From Pocillopora damicornis (lineage: Eukaryota), in contig NW_020844573.1 of NCBI RefSeq assembly GCF_003704095.1, positions 310,001-374,000 of the forward strand: a DNA stretch of 64,000 bases. The letters are read 5' to 3'. Position 1 is the stretch's first letter; every line of letters begins with the position of its first letter. The notes under the pieces are model-generated. The model did no database searches and was not told where the DNA came from. It saw nothing but the letters and a program-made list of their open reading frames with translations. A program made the translations under genes and the position numbers. This document shows, one piece after another, positions 61,701-64,000 of the stretch.

Positions 61701-62340
61701 GATGACAGCCATCGAATTGCATCGCTTGTGATTTTACCTCAGGGCTTCTCCTAATATGAAGAAAACAAAATGTGTACAAAAATTATTTTAAGCATTCGAA
61801 ACTGATTTTTATATAGTGCAAATGCTAATAACGGTTTGTCTGATTTCAAAAGGGAATACAGTCATACTGTAATAGGACTGAACAGAAAAAGATATGATCT
61901 GAGTTCATTATGGAGGCATGTTTGGTATCAAGCAACCCCATGTTTTACCGTAATCAATATCACCTTGTCTATGTTCTCCTTTTAGTCGTGTTAGTTTACC
62001 GACTGAGCTTAATAAAACTAGAAAATCCAAGAGTATGTTCGAGTTTCTTGTTTTTAAATGAAGTGAAATTACATACATTTTCGAAACATGCATGAAATAG
62101 CTTGTGACAAACTCTAGCGGCGATAAAGGATCGAATCTTTATTGTGTTACAAAGTCAGGAAACAAGACAACTAGTCTGCCTCAAGCGGAAACTCATTTCA
62201 CAGGATGCAGCCTTTTATTAAAAATATAGATATATATATTCCAGCATGTAGGATAGGAACACGTATGTGATGTTTGTGAGTCACCATAGCATAACAAGGC
62301 TAAGTTCAGAGTCCATTTGAATCACGAATAAGCAATAGAG

Positions 62341-62450
62341 ATGGCAGTGAATGTTTGTAACATAAGTTTCAAATGCTGACTGCAATCATTAGTAAGATGG
62401 TAATGAATGTTTGTAACATGAGTTTAAAATTCTGACTGCAATCATCAAGG
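62341..62450. repeat. 56-bp tandem duplication (2 copies)
   Basis: atgg.a.tgaatgtttgtaacat.agttt.aaat.ctgactgcaatcat occurs twice. Confidence 0.85.
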
Positions 62451-64000
62451 AAAATTAGATATTCAATATCACTGCTCTGATCTCTGATGATGAAATGACT
62501 GAAGATTCATCTAAGCTGCCTTTTCAGAGCTTTATTATCAACATGGAAAGCGAGGCAACAAGAGTAATGTTCGAAACATTTTCGAAAATATTTTGGAATA
62601 TTGACTCAGCGATGGTTTTGCCAATGTAGGAAATGAAGTAGGAAGCTTAACCTTTCTTAGCTCTATTAGGAAGTCAACAAACGATTTTCCTCTGGCCGTC
62701 GGTCGCTTGAAGGTCTATTCTAGTGATATTTAATGTTCTTATTTATGGTTACTGAGTTATTGCTAATTGATTCAGAAGATATGTCGAATGGATAAGTTGT
62801 TTGTTAGTTATTCAAGCACAACTTTGCGGAAAACTACGATGGGCAGTGGCTAGCGTATAGATAAAAGAAACGCTTTCACGAAAGTTGCAGAATTATGACT
62901 ATAAATATTAAAATTCCGCACAGAAGAAGCTTCGTCTAGTACGTTTTAATGGCTCTTTCTCTATGATACCTTTAATGAAAAATAACAAAGGATCTTGACT
63001 ACAATGAGACACTGATGCGCTCTAGATTCTTCGTTTTATTGTTACATCGAAACAGAAAGAAGCGGTATCGTTAACACAGATGCTGTAAAATGACCAAGAG
63101 TCACTGTTACAGATCGATCATCTGTTATGACATTAAATTGGAACTGCTCCCTCAGTTTCAATTGACTTATAATGCAATTTACTCGACTCGTAGAACTGAT
63201 AGGACCTCAGACATATCAGACTCGCAGAGTCTTTACATTTAGTCAAAAGGTAAGATTGTCTTTCACGAACCGGAGTTTCTAACATAAGTTAATAAGGATT
63301 TTTTATCTTTCATTTAGGTCACTTTGAGTTGGAATTTTTTGACTCAGTATATGTCAGCATTAAATAACTGCATGGTTAACGTCTGCAAACCCTGTTTTGT
63401 AGACTGACATGATTGTCAATTGCCAGCGTACGTGATGGCGTTTTTAACTCCATTAATCTTTTTGGATTGACAGTCCAAAAACAATTTGCACCTGATAGGA
63501 AATGTATTCAACTTCGGTTGAGTTTAGCACCTGCGAGCATAACGATTTACCTAAACGTGATCTCCTGGTGAATTGTCGTCTCAAGTTGATGATAGCAGTC
63601 CGTGATGCTATGTGTAATTCCATTAAAGGATTATTTACGAATGTAAGTCTTAAAAAATAATTTTCGCACGGTATCCACCCCTCGCGACGGAAAATGCAAA
63701 TCCTACTTAATTCGGTTGAGTTGCATTGCAGTTGCAGTGGCTTAAGTCATGAAATAGATTAAATGATTTGCACTTCGAACGGTTGACTTGTCTGATTTAT
63801 TCGTAATGTGGCAGCTCGTTCAATATTTTTGTAAAGCTAACCTTGGAGCATCGTCTCTGAACTTTATGTTTAAGTGAGTAAATTTATGTTTCAAGTGTTG
63901 GCAGATTTGTGTAGCTTAACTGCTCATGTTTGACGTGCAGGAGATGATAAGTAACTGGATGAGTCCTAACACAGTCTTCTCTGGCTTATTCAATGGATGA

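Noticed and set aside
60271-62095. Short ORFs in the right-hand gene-poor region
   Set aside because: Lengths consistent with chance, no motifs, and no supported splice chain.

Overview
Eukaryotic, AT-rich, intron-containing genomic DNA with three assembly gaps. The repeat families and gene types suggest a cnidarian, most likely a stony coral (inference). Genes from left to right: (1) a large minus-strand secreted mosaic ECM gene, coadhesin-like (signal peptide, WSC-like, [TSP1-VWA]x2, F5/8C x2, EGF x2, UMOD/GP2 D8C, at least 4 more EGF), running off the left edge; (2) three single-exon class A GPCRs, one frameshifted at its E/DRY motif; (3) a 16-exon GH20 hexosaminidase-D-like gene with an N-terminal membrane anchor; (4) a 2-exon gene for a small secreted protein with a prohormone-like layout; (5) ELMOD3, head-to-head with (6) a divergent SLC35-type transporter gene; (7) about 13 kb without convincing ORFs but containing diverged duplicated non-coding blocks. 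Introns and intergenic DNA are rich in SINEs and MITEs. The most unusual signals are a ~248-bp tRNA-cored mobile unit present as two circularly permuted copies, minimal hammerhead-ribozyme motifs, and the candidate amidated-peptide precursor. All exon models were read by eye from GT-AG sites and reading-frame phase.
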